From NCBI RefSeq assembly GCF_009914755.1, contig NC_060934.1: a stretch of DNA of 64,000 nucleotides. One strand, given 5' to 3'. Positions 16,690 to 30,825 of the stretch are shown piece by piece. Source of the stretch: the human T2T-CHM13v2.0 reference genome, Homo sapiens. Both the position numbers and the translations under genes were made by a program. The notes beneath the pieces are model-generated. The model did no database searches. It was not told the DNA's origin and saw nothing but the letters and a program-made list of their open reading frames with translations. Numbering within the stretch: position 1 is the stretch's first letter; every line of letters starts with the position of its first letter.

Positions 16690-17060
16690 ATGCCAAACTC
16701 TCAAACTTTGAATTGCTTTAAAATAACTTGGGATATATGTTAAAAATACAGGGTCCCAGGCCCTCTCTCAGAGGTTCAGATGATCTGGGCCTGAGGTGAA
16801 GCTTTGGTGATACTGAGGCAGATTGTTCATGGATTGTGCTTTGGCAATCCATGAACTGGCATGGTGGAAAGAGCACTAGACTTATAGTCTGACAAAGCTG
16901 AGTTCGAATCACAGCTACCACCATCTGAATTTGGACAATTTACCTTCCCTAGCCACAGAATGACGATAATAATAGCGGCATCAGAAGTGTTGTAACATTA
17001 GAATAAATGTGGTCATGGACATGCCTGATGATCCACCTGATGCTCAAAAATATTCCTCCT
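16690..17060. mobile_element. MER5A-like DNA transposon fragment followed by MIR
   Basis: gttaaaaatacagggtcccaggccc (MER5); gaaagagcactagac...ctgagttcgaatc (MIR). Confidence 0.6.
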
Positions 17061-17294
17061 CCCTCCCTTCCCTAAATTGGCAAACCTAAACTTACAAAGT
17101 GGCAGCAATAATGACACAAACATGTGGACACTATTTTATAAAGGGCGGAAACATTTTTTGGCTTTTTTATCCCTGCTCTGTCACTAGGGTGTAGAAGAAT
17201 TCCTGACACAGGCACTCGATAAATACTTTTTAAATGAATAAAAGGGGAAGATAACTTGGAATCTGAAGATATGAGGTAGAAAATCAGCCTTTTT

Positions 17295-17633
<339 letters not shown>

Positions 17634-19000
17634 CTAATTCTAATCTCTCTGAGCCTCAGGGTCATTATTTATAAAATGGAGTTGAGAGAGCCTACATTAT
17701 AGGGTTTGGGCAATATTCAGGTGAGATAATGTATGAAAACTCCAATGTATTATATCAATTTCAGTTATTAGGATACTTTGTATTACATAAATATATATAC
17801 TTTTAAGTGGCCTTTTATTGGCTACTAATAGAAGGTGGTCTAAACTAAAGCAATTTTATTTTTTCTCAATCAAATATTTCACCATTTTTTAAATGTCTAG
17901 TATATATCTAGAAATGTCTTAGGTTTTATGAAGAAAATTAAAGAAGTACGGGACAGTTCCTGCTCCTGAGAAGGGCAACGGCAAAATGTGTTAAAGATGA
18001 GACATATGAACTAAAAAGCAAGGAGTCCATGATTTTTTACTGGAGAATCTAACCAACCAGAAAGACTAGATAGCTATTTTTTGAAGATATAAATTCTAAA
18101 ATATATAATATAAAACAAAAGATTGCTAAAAGACTGATTTATAACAAGAAATTTACAGGCTTCTCAGCATTATGTTGTACCTACTTGGAACAAAGTGCAA
18201 TTTAATTTGTATTTGAGCCTGAGTAGAATATTAATTAAATCCATGACCTTGAGTCACTTTTCATTTCTCAGAATAAACAAAGGGAAGAGGTGGTGGGAAG
18301 TATCTGTACATACATGGCATTTCAAAGAAGCAGTCATCATAAGTATGTATTCACTGCCTTCAGACAGGAAGCATATAATGATTTTTGTTTCGTAGGCACA
18401 GAATTTTTTTTATTTTAAAAAACAGAAGCAGATAACATATATCACTATCTTTGAGTGCCAGAAAGCATTTTTGTTATAGTTTATTCATAGCTACTGGTCT
18501 ACAGCCTCCAACTGGAATACATTTTGTGTGTCTACATACACATTCTAAGCATATAATATGCACCTAATAAATATTGAGTGATCAAAATGATGGCATAAAC
18601 TCATAGAAACTATACTAATGGCCAGTGAGGGGGTATTGTTAGCCAATAACACCTTGTTGAAACAAAGAATAACCAGCCTATCTGCTTCCAAAGCCCTATA
18701 GTGGATATACCTACCTTCTATTTTCTTTTACTTACTGTTATCTTGTTTTTACATTTTAGCCTAGATGATAAGCACAAAATTATTCTATTAATAAAAAACT
18801 TCAAGCTTCAAGGAGTTAATTCTCTTACTTGAGAATGTCGAATGACCTACAAAGTCACACAAGCACTAGCTGACAAAGCTGAAATTCAAACCTAAATCTC
18901 CTAACTCCATACACAGAGCTCTTTTCCTGCAAAGTTTGACTGGCAAAGTAGATGTGCAGATGGAAGATTCTTATTGCCTCTTTGAACATTAACACTCCAA

Positions 19001-19253
19001 TGTGAAATTCTTTCAGCTGTGTTCAAATTGTGTGCAAATAAGGCAAACACCAAGGAACCAATCCAGCTGTTTCTCTACCTCATTTCCAATTCTGTATGTC
19101 ATTAACCATTTTTATCTATAAATTTGTTCTGACCACAAGGTATCCCTGGAGTTTCTCTGAATCTGCTGTAATTCTGGGGGCTGCTCAACTCTCAAATTGT
19201 TCACTGCTCAATTAAACTTCTTTAAATTTAATTTGGCTGAATTTTTTTTAACA
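19001..19253 (+). mobile_element. MER57-like ERV1 LTR, 3' part
   Basis: aaataaggcaaac...aaccaatccagctgtttc...gctcaattaaacttctttaaatttaatttggctgaa...aaca. Confidence 0.75.
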
Positions 19254-20439
19254 TTACAGAAGTAGGAAATCTAATGCTGAGATGGTGGCTCCAAAATCAT
19301 CAGTCATCCATACTCCTAGTATGTTGCTAAATCATCCTTACCACTTGGCTTTGATTTTCAGGGTTGACTCACTGTCCAATTTGGTACTATAACTTCAGCC
19401 ACAATAAATGTATTGCAGGTAGAAAAAAGTAGAAGGATGGAACACAAACATAATCTGTGTCATAAAAGTCAGCTCTTTCTCTTTAAAGAGTTTCTGGGAA
19501 GTCTTTCTCAGTGATTTCTACTTACATCTCACTGGTCAGAACTCTATCAACTGACCACCTCTAACTATAAGGGAAATTAACAAATATAACATTACATTGT
19601 TTTCATTAAGATAGAAAAAGAAAAAATTGATATCAGCAAGGCAACAATTCTTGCACCATCTCTCCTTCTCCATCTCTCATACTCTGTCTTCCAGTCTTTC
19701 CACTCCGTTTCTCTGTGTGAGCTCTATTCTACTACAGGCTTTTTCTTCATAATTGGAAATATGGCAATCAACTTGCATTCCCCAAGGATGAAAGCATGTC
19801 TTCCTTGTAAGCCTAGGTCAAATCCCAGGGGGCAATCTGATCCTACTTTGACCGCTACAGTCCTCCCTGATCCAACACCCATGCCTGGGAGATTGGAGTG
19901 CTCTGATCGTTCTGTCCCAGGTCAAGTGCCTCTTCCTGAGGCTCAGAATTTAAATTGTCAGATTAATCTCACCCGTATAGCATGGAAAGGACAGGATGAT
20001 CCTGGAATGATCTTAAAGACCCTCAGCACATTTCCAGATGATTACAAATAATACAAATAATAAATTGAATATAGAATATAATCAAAAGGTAAACTGAATG
20101 CTTTGAGCAAAAAATATGCTGATCAAGGACAAAAAGAAATTATGGTTTAAGTGATTAATGAAAAGTTCATATGCACTACAAAACTTGGGAAGGATTAGTA
20201 TATATCACTATTGACATTAGTAGGATTTGAGAGCTGATAAAGTATCCAGATTAGAGAAACAGCAGAAAGAAATAATGAGCCTAGCATATTCGGGTATTAT
20301 GAATAAAACACCCTCACTAAGGTGGAAAGTATAGCACAAGTTGTAAAGTAAGATAAGAAAAGTGAGAATGATATTCAAAATACTTTACCATCATTACAGC
20401 TGAAGGAACAAGCATTGTAAAATGTCACCCCAGGGATAC

Positions 20440-21450
20440 ACTAAAAGGTACAATTGCAAAGAAATGGGAAAAAAATATATAATCAAAGAAATAATTCAAG
20501 AAATCAAAGACATGAGTCTCTATACTTAAATGACAAAGTAATTGCCCAGAATAATGAATGAAAATAACATCTGTTCCAAAACACATTGTTATGAAATTTC
20601 AAAACTCCAGACATAAAGGAAAAAAAGTTAACCTTCCAGAAGGGGAAAAACAATCATCTGACATCAGGAATAAAAATGAGTTCAAATTTCTCAGAAGAAA
20701 ATTTAGAAACCAGAAAAAAAAAGAATAAATGCCTCAAAAATCATGAAAATTATTCTATACCTAGCCAAATTACCATTCAAATAGGAGCAGAATAAATGGA
20801 ATTCAGAAATGCAAAGGCAGAAAAGTACTTACTGTGCAATCTTCTTAAAAAAAACTAAAGTGCCCAAGAAACAAAATGAAGGAAAAAAATGATTCTTAGA
20901 TTAAGAGTCTTAGGTTAATCCAGATTGGAGCAGGAGCTCCAAGAGTGTGGTCTTCAGAAAAGGAAATGATGAAACTAATAGATAATATAGCTATTTTCAT
21001 GATGTTAAAAATTTCCAAAAATGTTTTACAAATTAACAGGATTATAAGTGTATACATTTGAATGACATGATAAAAAATTTAAGCAAAAGAAAATATTAAG
21101 CAATTATCCATTAAATTTAACAATGGAACATTACCATTTTTGAAGGTCATAAATAGTCAATATTGGCAATGCTAATATGTTCCACCTAATAACCCCTGAG
21201 ATGTGGGTGTAGGGAAAGAATAATAGACATGTCTGAAATTAACAAATGGAAAGAGAAGGCTAAATAGAATATTTTAGAAAAATAGAGTTAAATACCAAAA
21301 GAAATAACTTAAGAAGTTAAAAATGGTTATCATAGAGGAACAGGACTAGGGGGTGGGGGGATCTAGAGAGAGACTAATTATTATATCTTTAGAACTATTT
21401 AACTCTGAAAATTATGTTCATAAATTATTTTGATGAAAAATATTTTCTAA
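20440..21450 (+). mobile_element. HAL1/L1ME-like ancient LINE remnant
   Basis: A-rich ORF1-like motifs (acacattgttatgaaatttcaaaactccagacataaagg, ctatacctagccaaattaccattc). Confidence 0.55.
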
Positions 21451-22489
21451 GTAAAATACAGTTTGAGAAGTTTATATTTAATATTTTTGTAATAATACAA
21501 AATTAGAAACAGGAATTGCATGAAAGCATTCCAAATTGTGAAGATGACCATCAAGGTCCTGCTATTTAGCTTCAGTGTGCAGATTACACTACTAATGTAA
21601 TACATGAAGTCAGACCTTTCCTGTGGCCTCAGATTTTCAAATGGATATTTAAAACTTCAAGCAAAAAATGTTAAGTGCTCACATATTCCAAAGAAATGTA
21701 CAAGATCATTTAGGTGGAACTTGCTAAGAGGTGACCCAGAAATTTTATTTTTAAAAACACAAATTTTAGAAATATTTGACAAAATACCATCAAGGTCTGT
21801 CAAATGTTTTCATGCCCTCAAAATATAAATTCTTTGATGACATGCATAAATGTTCTTTTACTAAAAGTGCGCCATTAAGAATATTGCACAAGGAATCCTT
21901 TTAAAGGAGTAATATTAAAGACTTTTTAAAAATCTGTAATACCATTTGACACATAATACACAAATTGCCTGCAAAATAATTTTCAACATAGTTCTATTTT
22001 AATTAGTGCCAGCCCAGAAGTCAAATGATTCTTTATAAAACGTTTGAGAAGTAAATTGCATTATCGTGAATCACACAACCACTATGCAGCATGGTGATAA
22101 TGTCCCATATATCAGAAATGACAGCCCATTTTCCATCCGCTATTATAGAAAACAGTACAGGTTATATAAAGTCATTGCATTTTCTAAGTTAATGCCACAT
22201 TCTAGAGCCAACCTGTCTCCTACTTTGTCAATGTTTCCCAAATGAAACAAATAAGGCTGCCACTGGCTCATGCAGATAACACCTTCCTGCTGGTCTATAC
22301 ATTTTATCATTGATGTCTTAGGCAGTTCACTGAGGAAAAAATGGACTTTGTCACTGCTTATAGGTTTTCCATAAGAAAATTGTTTTCCATAAGAATTGTA
22401 TCTGCCATCAGGAAATGACTGCATATTGACCTGTCTCACTCTTTTGGAAGAGTCAAAGGACTCTTCCAAAATCATAGTGTTTGTATATG

Positions 22490-22612
22490 ATGAAGATAAT
22501 AACAGAACCCACCTCAAGTTTTGAGAGTTATAAGTGAGGCAATGCAAAACACTTAGCACAGTGTCTGGTACATAGTAAGTGTTCAATGAATATTGCAACT
22601 ATTAGTAGTATT
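22490..22612 (+). mobile_element. MIR
   Basis: aaacacttagcacagtgtctggtacatagtaagtgttcaatgaatatt. Confidence 0.8.
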
Positions 22613-22770
22613 TAAACTGGGGAAATACTATGAATAATTAAACCTAGGAAAAGGTAAGCAAAGCAAGAACTCAAGGTTGTGGGCTTGTCCTATTGCTAGA
22701 CTTGTCTCTCTAGGCATTTAAACGGGTAAAATTTTAAAAGAGGACATATTGCATAAAAATGAGAGTAGAG

Positions 22771-23080
22771 GGCTGGGCACCGTGGCTCATGCTCACAATC
22801 CCAACACTTTGGGAGGCCAAAGTTGGAGAATTGCTTTAGGCCAAGAGTGTGAGACCAGCCTGGGTAACACAGCAAGATCCCATTTCTACAAAATTTTTTT
22901 TTTAAACTTAGCCAGGTGTGGTGGCACACCCCTGTAGTCCCAGCTCAGCAGGCAGTAAGGCGGGAAGGTTGCTTCAACCCAGGAGTTTGAGGCTATAGTG
23001 AGCTATGATAGTGCTTCTGCACTCCAGCCTAGGAGACAAAGCAAGACCCTGTCTCTTGAAAAAAAAAAAAAAAAAGAAAA
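22771..23080 (+). mobile_element. AluJ
   Basis: J diagnostics; TSD aaaaatgagagtagag / aaaaatgagcgtgcag. Confidence 0.92.
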
Positions 23081-23118
23081 AAAATGAGCGTGCAGTCAGG
23101 GACATAACAATTACATAC

Positions 23119-23138
23119 CTTCTACAGAGCTTGCGGTC
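23119..23138 (-). other. Candidate 20-nt mini-exon
   Basis: tatcctctgttttcag|GACCGCAAGCTCTGTAGAAG|gtatgt. Confidence 0.4.
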
Positions 23139-24597
23139 CTGAAAACAGAGGATACTGTTGTAAGACAAGTATCTGGGACGTGTATTATAAGGGGTAAAGT
23201 GGGGGCTTCACCTTTGCATTCAAAATTTGCAAGAAAAGTTTACATATTTTTATCTGAGAATGTTCCTCCATAATTCCATAATATACTGCATGTATAAATA
23301 TCACCCATTTCAGCTAATCACTATCAAATTGCAGGTAGCACCCAATTGTTGAAACCAATTATCCAACTTAAGGTATTTTACTATATAAGTGGATCTGAAG
23401 TACTAAAAAAAATACAGGAACCTTCATTTCTTTTCTCCAAGGAGACAAGTATTCCATGAAGAGGCTTAGAATAACAAGAACCAGAAAAATTGTTAGGATT
23501 TGATTTTTTTTTTTTTAGGAAGGATGCTTTTGCAGTCATTAAACCAATATTTTTTAGCTTCTTCTGTGTGCAAGATTCTATTAATAAATTATTGCTTAAA
23601 GGCCATGTTACAGGACCCTAGTTTTCTCTTTGGTAAAATTTCTGCCACAAGACCCAACCCACCAAAAAGGCCACCAGCCAGAGTCCCCAGTAGGATCCCA
23701 GTCAGTATAACTTTAAAGGTGATTCAAAGCATAAAAATGCATTTCTGCATCTTATACCATTTATTGTACTTAATTTTAGTGTCAAATTCTTCAGAGTTTG
23801 AGTACAATAGGGACTAGGAACAAAATTATCTCATTTAATTCTTTCAATGGCGTGACAGGAAAAAATCCCACTTTTGTAGAGGAGGAAGTTGGTACTAGCA
23901 GAGATGAAATTCAGCACTAACTCCAGAGCTCTTCAACTCTTCATTATGTTTTTTGCTTGTACCTTGATTTCTCCATCTACACCAGAAGCATAGTGGCACC
24001 TGCCTACAAACTAATACTGTGTTAGAGTAAGTGCACTGCATAATTGACACAGGATACTGTCATCCTGAGAATCTCTGTGATTGTAATGAAAACCTACATC
24101 TCAGGGCCTCACCCAATATGTATTTCACTAAAATCTCTGGGACTAAAGGTTCAGGAAGTGATCTATTAGGTTAATAGGGTACTTCTAAAGTTCGAACCAT
24201 TTTGTGAATTCCTTAACTAGATTAAAGATTTTTTGAAATAGAAAAAACAGAATTGGTTTAAGAACAAATGGAACCTGTCTATAATAGTCAAGAAACAGAT
24301 GTACAATAAATTTCTGAAATGTTCGCAGTCAGGAAAGGTGTCCGATTTTGCAACATATCAAGTATCAATGTCCATAATTGAATAAACATGATAGGAATTA
24401 TTGTGAGGTCATTTTCAAACTAAATTCTTATTTCTTTCTACCATGATGTAAAGGATACAGTGAAGTCCTAGAGAAATAAAGAGAAGAAACAAAAAGGAAT
24501 ACAGAAGAGAGCAGAACACACAGGGAAATAAGTCATGTTGCAATATGTGCTAATTTTTTAAATCTTGAATTCCAATTAATAGAAAAGGCAACACATT

Positions 24598-24951
24598 TGA
24601 TATGGTTTGGCTCTGTGTCCCCACCCAAATCTCATCTTGAATTGTAATAATCCCATGTGTCAAGTGGGGCCAGGTGGAGATAATTGAATCATAAGGACTA
24701 TTTCCCCCATATTGTTCTAACTATAGTGAATAAGTCTCACAAGATCTGATAATTTTATAAATGGAGTTCCCTTGCACACACTCTCTTACCTGCTGCCATG
24801 TAAGATGTGCCTTTCTCCTCTTTCACCTTCCACCATGATTGTGAGGCCTCCGTAGCCATGTGGAACTGTGAGTCCATCAAACCTCTTTTTCTTTATAAAT
24901 TACCCAGTCTCAGGTATGTCTTTATTAGCAGCATGAGAACAGACTAATACA
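24598..24951 (+). mobile_element. THE1 (C/D-like) solo LTR
   Basis: tgatatggtttggctctgtgtccccacccaaatctc ... agactaataca; TSD ACATT. Confidence 0.95.
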
Positions 24952-25156
24952 ACATTTCATAAAAGTTGTTTCTTAAGCCTTGGTACCTAAGTGCAAACTC
25001 TGAATAACAACATATAGAGAAACTAAAGATTTTAAAATTAATGCTAAGATCCTTGAAACAATGTGTGCAATAGTAGAGGTAAGATGCATACTAGAGAAGA
25101 GAAGCACTATACTAAATGCAGATTCAGAAAACTGAAAGAAAAAGATTAAGACAAGG

Positions 25157-25230
25157 ACACCTAAAACTAGAAGGACTACGGTCCTATAAATAACACCTAA
25201 AACTAGAAAACTGGGGTCCTATAAATAACA
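25157..25230 (+). repeat. 36-bp tandem duplication
   Basis: acacctaaaactagaa...ggtcctataaata twice. Confidence 0.85.
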
Positions 25231-25479
25231 TGGCCTTAAAGCTGCAGCCACCTCCAGCTGAGGTTTTCATTGGATTATAAAGTTAAAAAAAGTGGACTGG
25301 ATATTATGGTTATATGTAGGTATCTGTTAAAATTAATAGATTCAGTAAGCTATGCACAATTCTTATTATAGAGTTACTGTTTAATGAATTACAATGAATC
25401 CCTTTTTTTGACATTAAAGTCACAAATTAAAGAATCCCTTCATCTATTGCTAAAAATCAGATGTCCAAACCAGATTAAG

Positions 25480-26158
25480 TGAGTTCTACTTCCAAGGTTG
25501 AGTAAACTTTTACAGGACTGGCCTTCTCACAGGTAACAACTATAAACTCTAGAGAAAATTACTCAAAATTAAATGAATTTATTAGAGAGCAAACAAAAAC
25601 AGGCATATTCTCCAGGGGAGTTGATATTTAAAAGACAAGACCGAACTGTGAATTCCCTGATTTAAGTGCTTTTAGCATGTCAGTGCCCTGCTTAGTGGCT
25701 AAAATTCCTGTAGAAAACACATTGTCTTTCTGAGTTGGGAAGAACCACAGCCACTAAAAAGTGAAAGGGGACAACTGGAAAAGAGAAATCCAGAGAGGGG
25801 GAGCCCAAAATTCTATGTCTAAATTCTGCCCAAGTCACTGGTGAAACCTTGAAAAATGCATACATGAAACAGATTTCTAGCAGCCCAACTAAGATTAAAG
25901 AAACGGAACTAATAACTGAGCCACTATCCAAAAGTCAGAGTTATAGTTTGAGATCAACCAAATAAATCACTGGCTAAACAGATTAAAGAGGATTTAAATC
26001 AAGGGAGAATTGAATCATGTCTATGAATCTAAAGATTTAATACTGTTTGGATATCAATATTCCCCAAAGTGATCTGTAAATTTGACACAACCCCATCATA
26101 ATCCTAGCAGGCTTTTATACAAAAACTGACATATGTAGTCTGTAATTTATACGGAATG

Positions 26159-26215
<57 letters not shown>

Positions 26216-27875
26216 AGAAAATCCAGAGGAATTTGGGGAAAAAAAATAACAAAGTTGAAGGGCTTAGGCTACCTAACTTCAAAAACTACTATAAGGCTAC
26301 AGCGTTCAGGACAGTGTGGTACTGACATAAAAACTAGCAAATCCACTAATGGAAGAGAATGGAGAGGCCAGAAACAGACTCACATTTATGCTGTCATTTG
26401 ATATTCAAAAAAATAAAAATAAATAAGTCATCAAAACAATCCAGAGGGAAAGGAAACTTTCAACAAAGTAAGCTAGAAAAACTGGTATCCACATGGAAAA
26501 ACAAAATGACTGCCAAGCCCTACCTCACACCATGCAAAAAAATTAATCTGAGGTAGATCATAGGCCTAAGCCTAAAAAGTTAAATATATAAAGCTTTTAG
26601 AAGAAAACACCAAAGAATATCTTTGTGTCATGAGAGTAGCTAAATTCTCTTATACAGAAAAAATAATAAATTTAATTAAAATATATTGCTTTTCCAAAAC
26701 GACTATTAGGCATTGAAATTGGTAAGTTATGGGCTGAAAGAAAATACCTGCAAAACAGATATATGACGAACATGAAGAAATCCTACTACTTAATAATTAA
26801 GAGACAAAAAAAACCCTGTATGAGCAAAATATTGGAATATACTTTTAAAAAGAAGGCATATGAATAGCCAATATGCACACAAAGAAGTGTGTAACAGCAT
26901 TAGTGTCCAGTTTTAATGCAAGTTAAAACCATGATGAGATACCAACATAGACCTATCAGGATGGCTGGAATTACAAACACTGACAACACTAAATGTTGGG
27001 TAGAATGTGGTGAAACCAGCATGTTCATACTTTGATAGTGGAATTGCAATATGATATAAACTTTTTTAAGTTCTGGCAATTTCACAAAAGATATAAATAA
27101 ATAAATAAATTCCTACCCTATGACCCAACCGTTACAGTCTTACGCATTTTCTCAACAGAAATGAAAACATGCCCACAGGCAACGTTCTTAGCAGCCTTAT
27201 TTATAATAGCCAAAAACTAGAGGAAAAAAAAACAGGAGTGTGTTAATAGGAGAATGTGATATGTAGCAGAATACTATGAAGTAATAAAAAGAAATAAACA
27301 TATATAGGCAAAAGAATAGATGAATATGAAAAACACGTCGAAGCCTCAAACAAAAGAGTACACGCTATATCGTTTCATTTCTGTGAAATTCTTGAGCAGG
27401 CAAAACTAATTTTTTAGGGGAAAAAAAATCAGATAAATGGTTGACTGGGGAGAGAAGGGAAAGTGGAATGAAGATTAGAAGCAGCAAGAAGGAACTTTAA
27501 ATGGTTATGGGAATGTTTTGTATCTTGAAAGGGCTTTGGATATAAACAAATATTGCATTTGTCAAAACTCATCGAATGGTACATTTATGATTTGTACATG
27601 ATCAAAATAAAAAGATTGTAAATAAATATTGAAGTCTAGTTGACAGTGAGCATGCTGAAGCATTTACGTGGAAATGTATTGATTTCTTCAACTAACTTTG
27701 AAATTCATCAAAAAGTAAGACAACAATGGATGAATAGAGAGATAAATACGTGGTAGATAACTAAGTATAGAAGTGTTAACGGTAGAACCTAGTTGGTAGG
27801 TAAATGTCTTTTCAATATTAAATTATTTCAACTTTTCTGTATTTTTGAACATTTTTCACAATAAAATGTTGGAAG
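25480..27875 (+). mobile_element. Old L1M (L1MC/MD-like): 5' fragment, ORF2 3' part and 3'UTR
   Basis: Degenerate ORF2 motifs (cagtgtggtactgacataaaaa, cctacctcacaccatgcaaaaaattaat) and L1MC/D-type 3'UTR. Confidence 0.75.
26161..26213 (+). repeat. Pure A53 homopolymer
   Basis: 53 uninterrupted A. Confidence 0.97.
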
Positions 27876-28144
27876 AAAAAAGATTAATGCAATGACTATT
27901 AACAAGATTTCTGGGCTCACAATAGACAAAATAGAAAATAAGTACATTTTATTCATGGTACTTAAATAAAAAGTGCTATAGTTTACATATTCATTGATTT
28001 ACATTAACAGATTTTTTAAATAATCATTTCATAAAATTAGGGATGTAAATAATCCAGACAAAATACACTTAAAATTGCATACTGCTCCAAAAAGCCACTC
28101 TTAAAATGTGGAAACAAATATTTATGACAATTATGATGACACTT

Positions 28145-28530
28145 TGGTGATTAGAACTGTCACAGATATTTCAAATCTCCCCTTCGGAGAAATACAGAAA
28201 GATTATAATCTCCTTCCTTGCTTGAAATAAAGCATAGCCAAATAGCTTTCTTTGGTCAATGAAATGTAAGCAGAAGTTATCTCTGTCACTTCCAGAAGGA
28301 AGCTTTAAAAATCAATAAATGAGAATTGTATTCTTTTTTTTTTCTCTCATGACAATTCATAATGTTAAGGATTGTTGTGGCTACAACAATCTCAGTCCCT
28401 GAGGGAAAATGACATCGAGCAGAGCTCCCTCAGACCCATGAAGAACATGCAGCATAGACAGGAAATATATCTCATTGTTTTAAAACACTAAGGCATTGGG
28501 CTTGTCATTGAAGCATAACTTAACCCATTT
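28145..28530 (+). mobile_element. Old MLT1 (I/J-like) LTR
   Basis: ggtcaatgaaatgtaagcagaagt...tgtcacttccag. Confidence 0.65.
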
Positions 28531-28785
28531 TGTTTATCACAATTGCAGAGTAACTCTTTCATATCATTCTTTTAAATATGAGCACATAAAGTACCCTTTT
28601 CAAATCCGAGTTTTAAATTGGAAATCATGTTATAAAAATATTGTAAAGATACTCATTTCAAAGCCAATTCACAAAGGAAACTCAAGTTTCTTCTCTACAC
28701 ACACAGTCCTCTAATGACCACGTAGTATAGGTTGGGGAATTTCATAATACAACATCATGAAGAATAGCTCAGTATTCAGACATAC

Positions 28786-28854
28786 ATCAAGAGTCATGCA
28801 CAAGAAAGAGTGGAATTCAGTCTCATTAACAGCAGAAAGTAATGGCTGCAAGAC
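28786..28854 (-). other. Candidate 69-nt exon, open in phase 0 (VLQPLLSAVNETEFHSFLCMTLD)
   Basis: ttcaccttttctttcctaag|GTCTTG...CTTGAT|gtatgt in non-repetitive sequence. Confidence 0.4.
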
Positions 28855-30169
28855 CTTAGGAAAGAAAAGGTGAACATTTCAGGCTGCAATCAATAGTCAG
28901 TGGCAGCAAAAGGAGCTACGATGTGAGTTTGGTTCAAAAGACAGATTGCTCTTTTATTGACAGCAGTCCTCTGTTGTGACCAGTCAGTCTAAAGAACTGA
29001 AGGGAAGCAATGAAACTGCAAAACTGTCGGGGAAAACACATTTATTTCAGGAGATGTTTGCAAAGATTTTTGTAAATAAATGGTCAGAAAAACACTTGAA
29101 AATCACAGCCTCCATTTTCAACAGGTTAAATCCAAAACTATAAATCTATTTATAATGTGGCCTGGGTCATAGCAGCTGTGATTTCTCATTTTTCCTCTCC
29201 AAGGACTCTTTTGACATTTGATTAAATTTCACAGAAACTTACTTCAACTTCCTTAAACTTAACTTTATCAACCTTCAGCAGGCTTTTCTAGAACCTTGTG
29301 GGTGTTGACATATTGCATTTGCATAACGATAAAAATAATTTGGAGAATTGGACTCATATTTTAAAACTCCAATTAAGCAGTTATAAGAGACTTTGAATAA
29401 CATTTGGCCCAGTGTCTGGTACGTGAGAGGGACTCCCTCTACCCCCATCCTCACTACACAAATGCATGTCATCTTAAGTCATAATTCTATATTTCAGACT
29501 GTGGTGTAATAACAATTAACCTTTTACATAATAGGAAATGTTTAATAAACAAGAGAACAGCCTTCAAAACTACCTTTTTAGCTGGCAGACCACATCTCTC
29601 CCAGACACAAGAGGAAAATGAGAAAGTGGTTTCTTGGGGTCATGTTTTTCTAAGCCACAATCTCCCAGTTTACTCAAAGTATATTATATCAGACTCAATA
29701 TATATTCTTCCAAGGTCTATTTATTTGAGACAAAACCTATTGGTGTTCTAATCATTAAAAACATGTAATGTGCCAATCACAGCTTGCTGCTATACCGTAT
29801 TACTTATATTGAAAATCTCCAAAAAATACCAAAGTTACCCACAGAATATGTTTATTTTGCTTGTATTTTATATTCCCCCCTTTTCAGTCTCAAATACTTT
29901 CTATAAAAAGTGATTTTATCTTCCACAGTGATAGACATCAGGATAATTCTTTTTAAAGTAACAACTTCCAGAATTCAGTTCCCGTGAGCTATAGTTCTTC
30001 CCACAAATGACAGATGACAGATTCTTTGTTGACATTTTTCACCAAAAAGTAAGTTTTCAGTCAGCAGTTATTTTTTCTAAAAGCAAATTCTGTAAGATTT
30101 TGCCACTTACCATAATTTATATTATTTATTCCAGCAAATATTTACTGCACATATAATTTATGTCCTCAT

Positions 30170-30410
30170 GGGGAACAAAAACATAGACTTTTAAACAGGG
30201 GACACGCTGGATTCAAAGTCTGATTGTACCACTACTGGTTGTGTGGCCTACAGACAAACATTAAACATGCACAATCATCAGTTTCTTCATCTTCAAAATA
30301 AGATTATTAATATCTGTCTCATAGGATTCTTAGAAGAAATAACAGAAATAATACATGTAAGTCTCTGGTCACAGGACCTGACATTTAGTACACACTCAGT
30401 AAATATTAGT
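30170..30410 (+). mobile_element. MIR
   Basis: ctggattcaaagtctg...cagtttcttcatcttcaaaataag...ctcagtaaatattag. Confidence 0.75.
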
Positions 30411-30424
30411 TCCCCTGGTAGCTA

Positions 30425-30825
30425 GCTACCAGATTTCTTCTTTCAACAACACACAAGAGTATATTATCCACCGTTTTTTCCCTTAGGCAGTCCTGTGTGA
30501 CTAGTTCTGACCATGGAATTGGAAGTGTTAGCTATAGGAGTGGAAGTGTTAGCTAAAACATACAAGAGTAAGAATAAGAGCTCAAATAAGTCTCTTCTGC
30601 CACTACGTACAAGGAAACCGTGTGCTCCAGAAAAGGCAACTCTGAGATGGAAGAGTCTCCATCACTCTGGATCCCTGAGTGGTCATCTATAGCAAATCTA
30701 CTTTCCATCCAACCCATAATAGACATGTGGCCATGAGAAAGAAATATATTTTTATTTATTGTGATAAGCCAGGTAAGTCTGGAGATTGTTCCTAATCACA
30801 TCATAACCTATCCTGACGAATACAA
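30425..30825 (+). mobile_element. Old MLT1 LTR fragment
   Basis: gtgtgactagttctgacc, ctggatccctgagtg, catcataacctatcctgacgaataca. Confidence 0.55.

Noticed and set aside
22143-22598. 151-aa minus-strand ORF
   Set aside because: Starts in a MIR, has no recognisable domain and no convincing splice boundaries
26156-26401. Poly-lysine ORF
   Set aside because: Translation of the A53 homopolymer within L1
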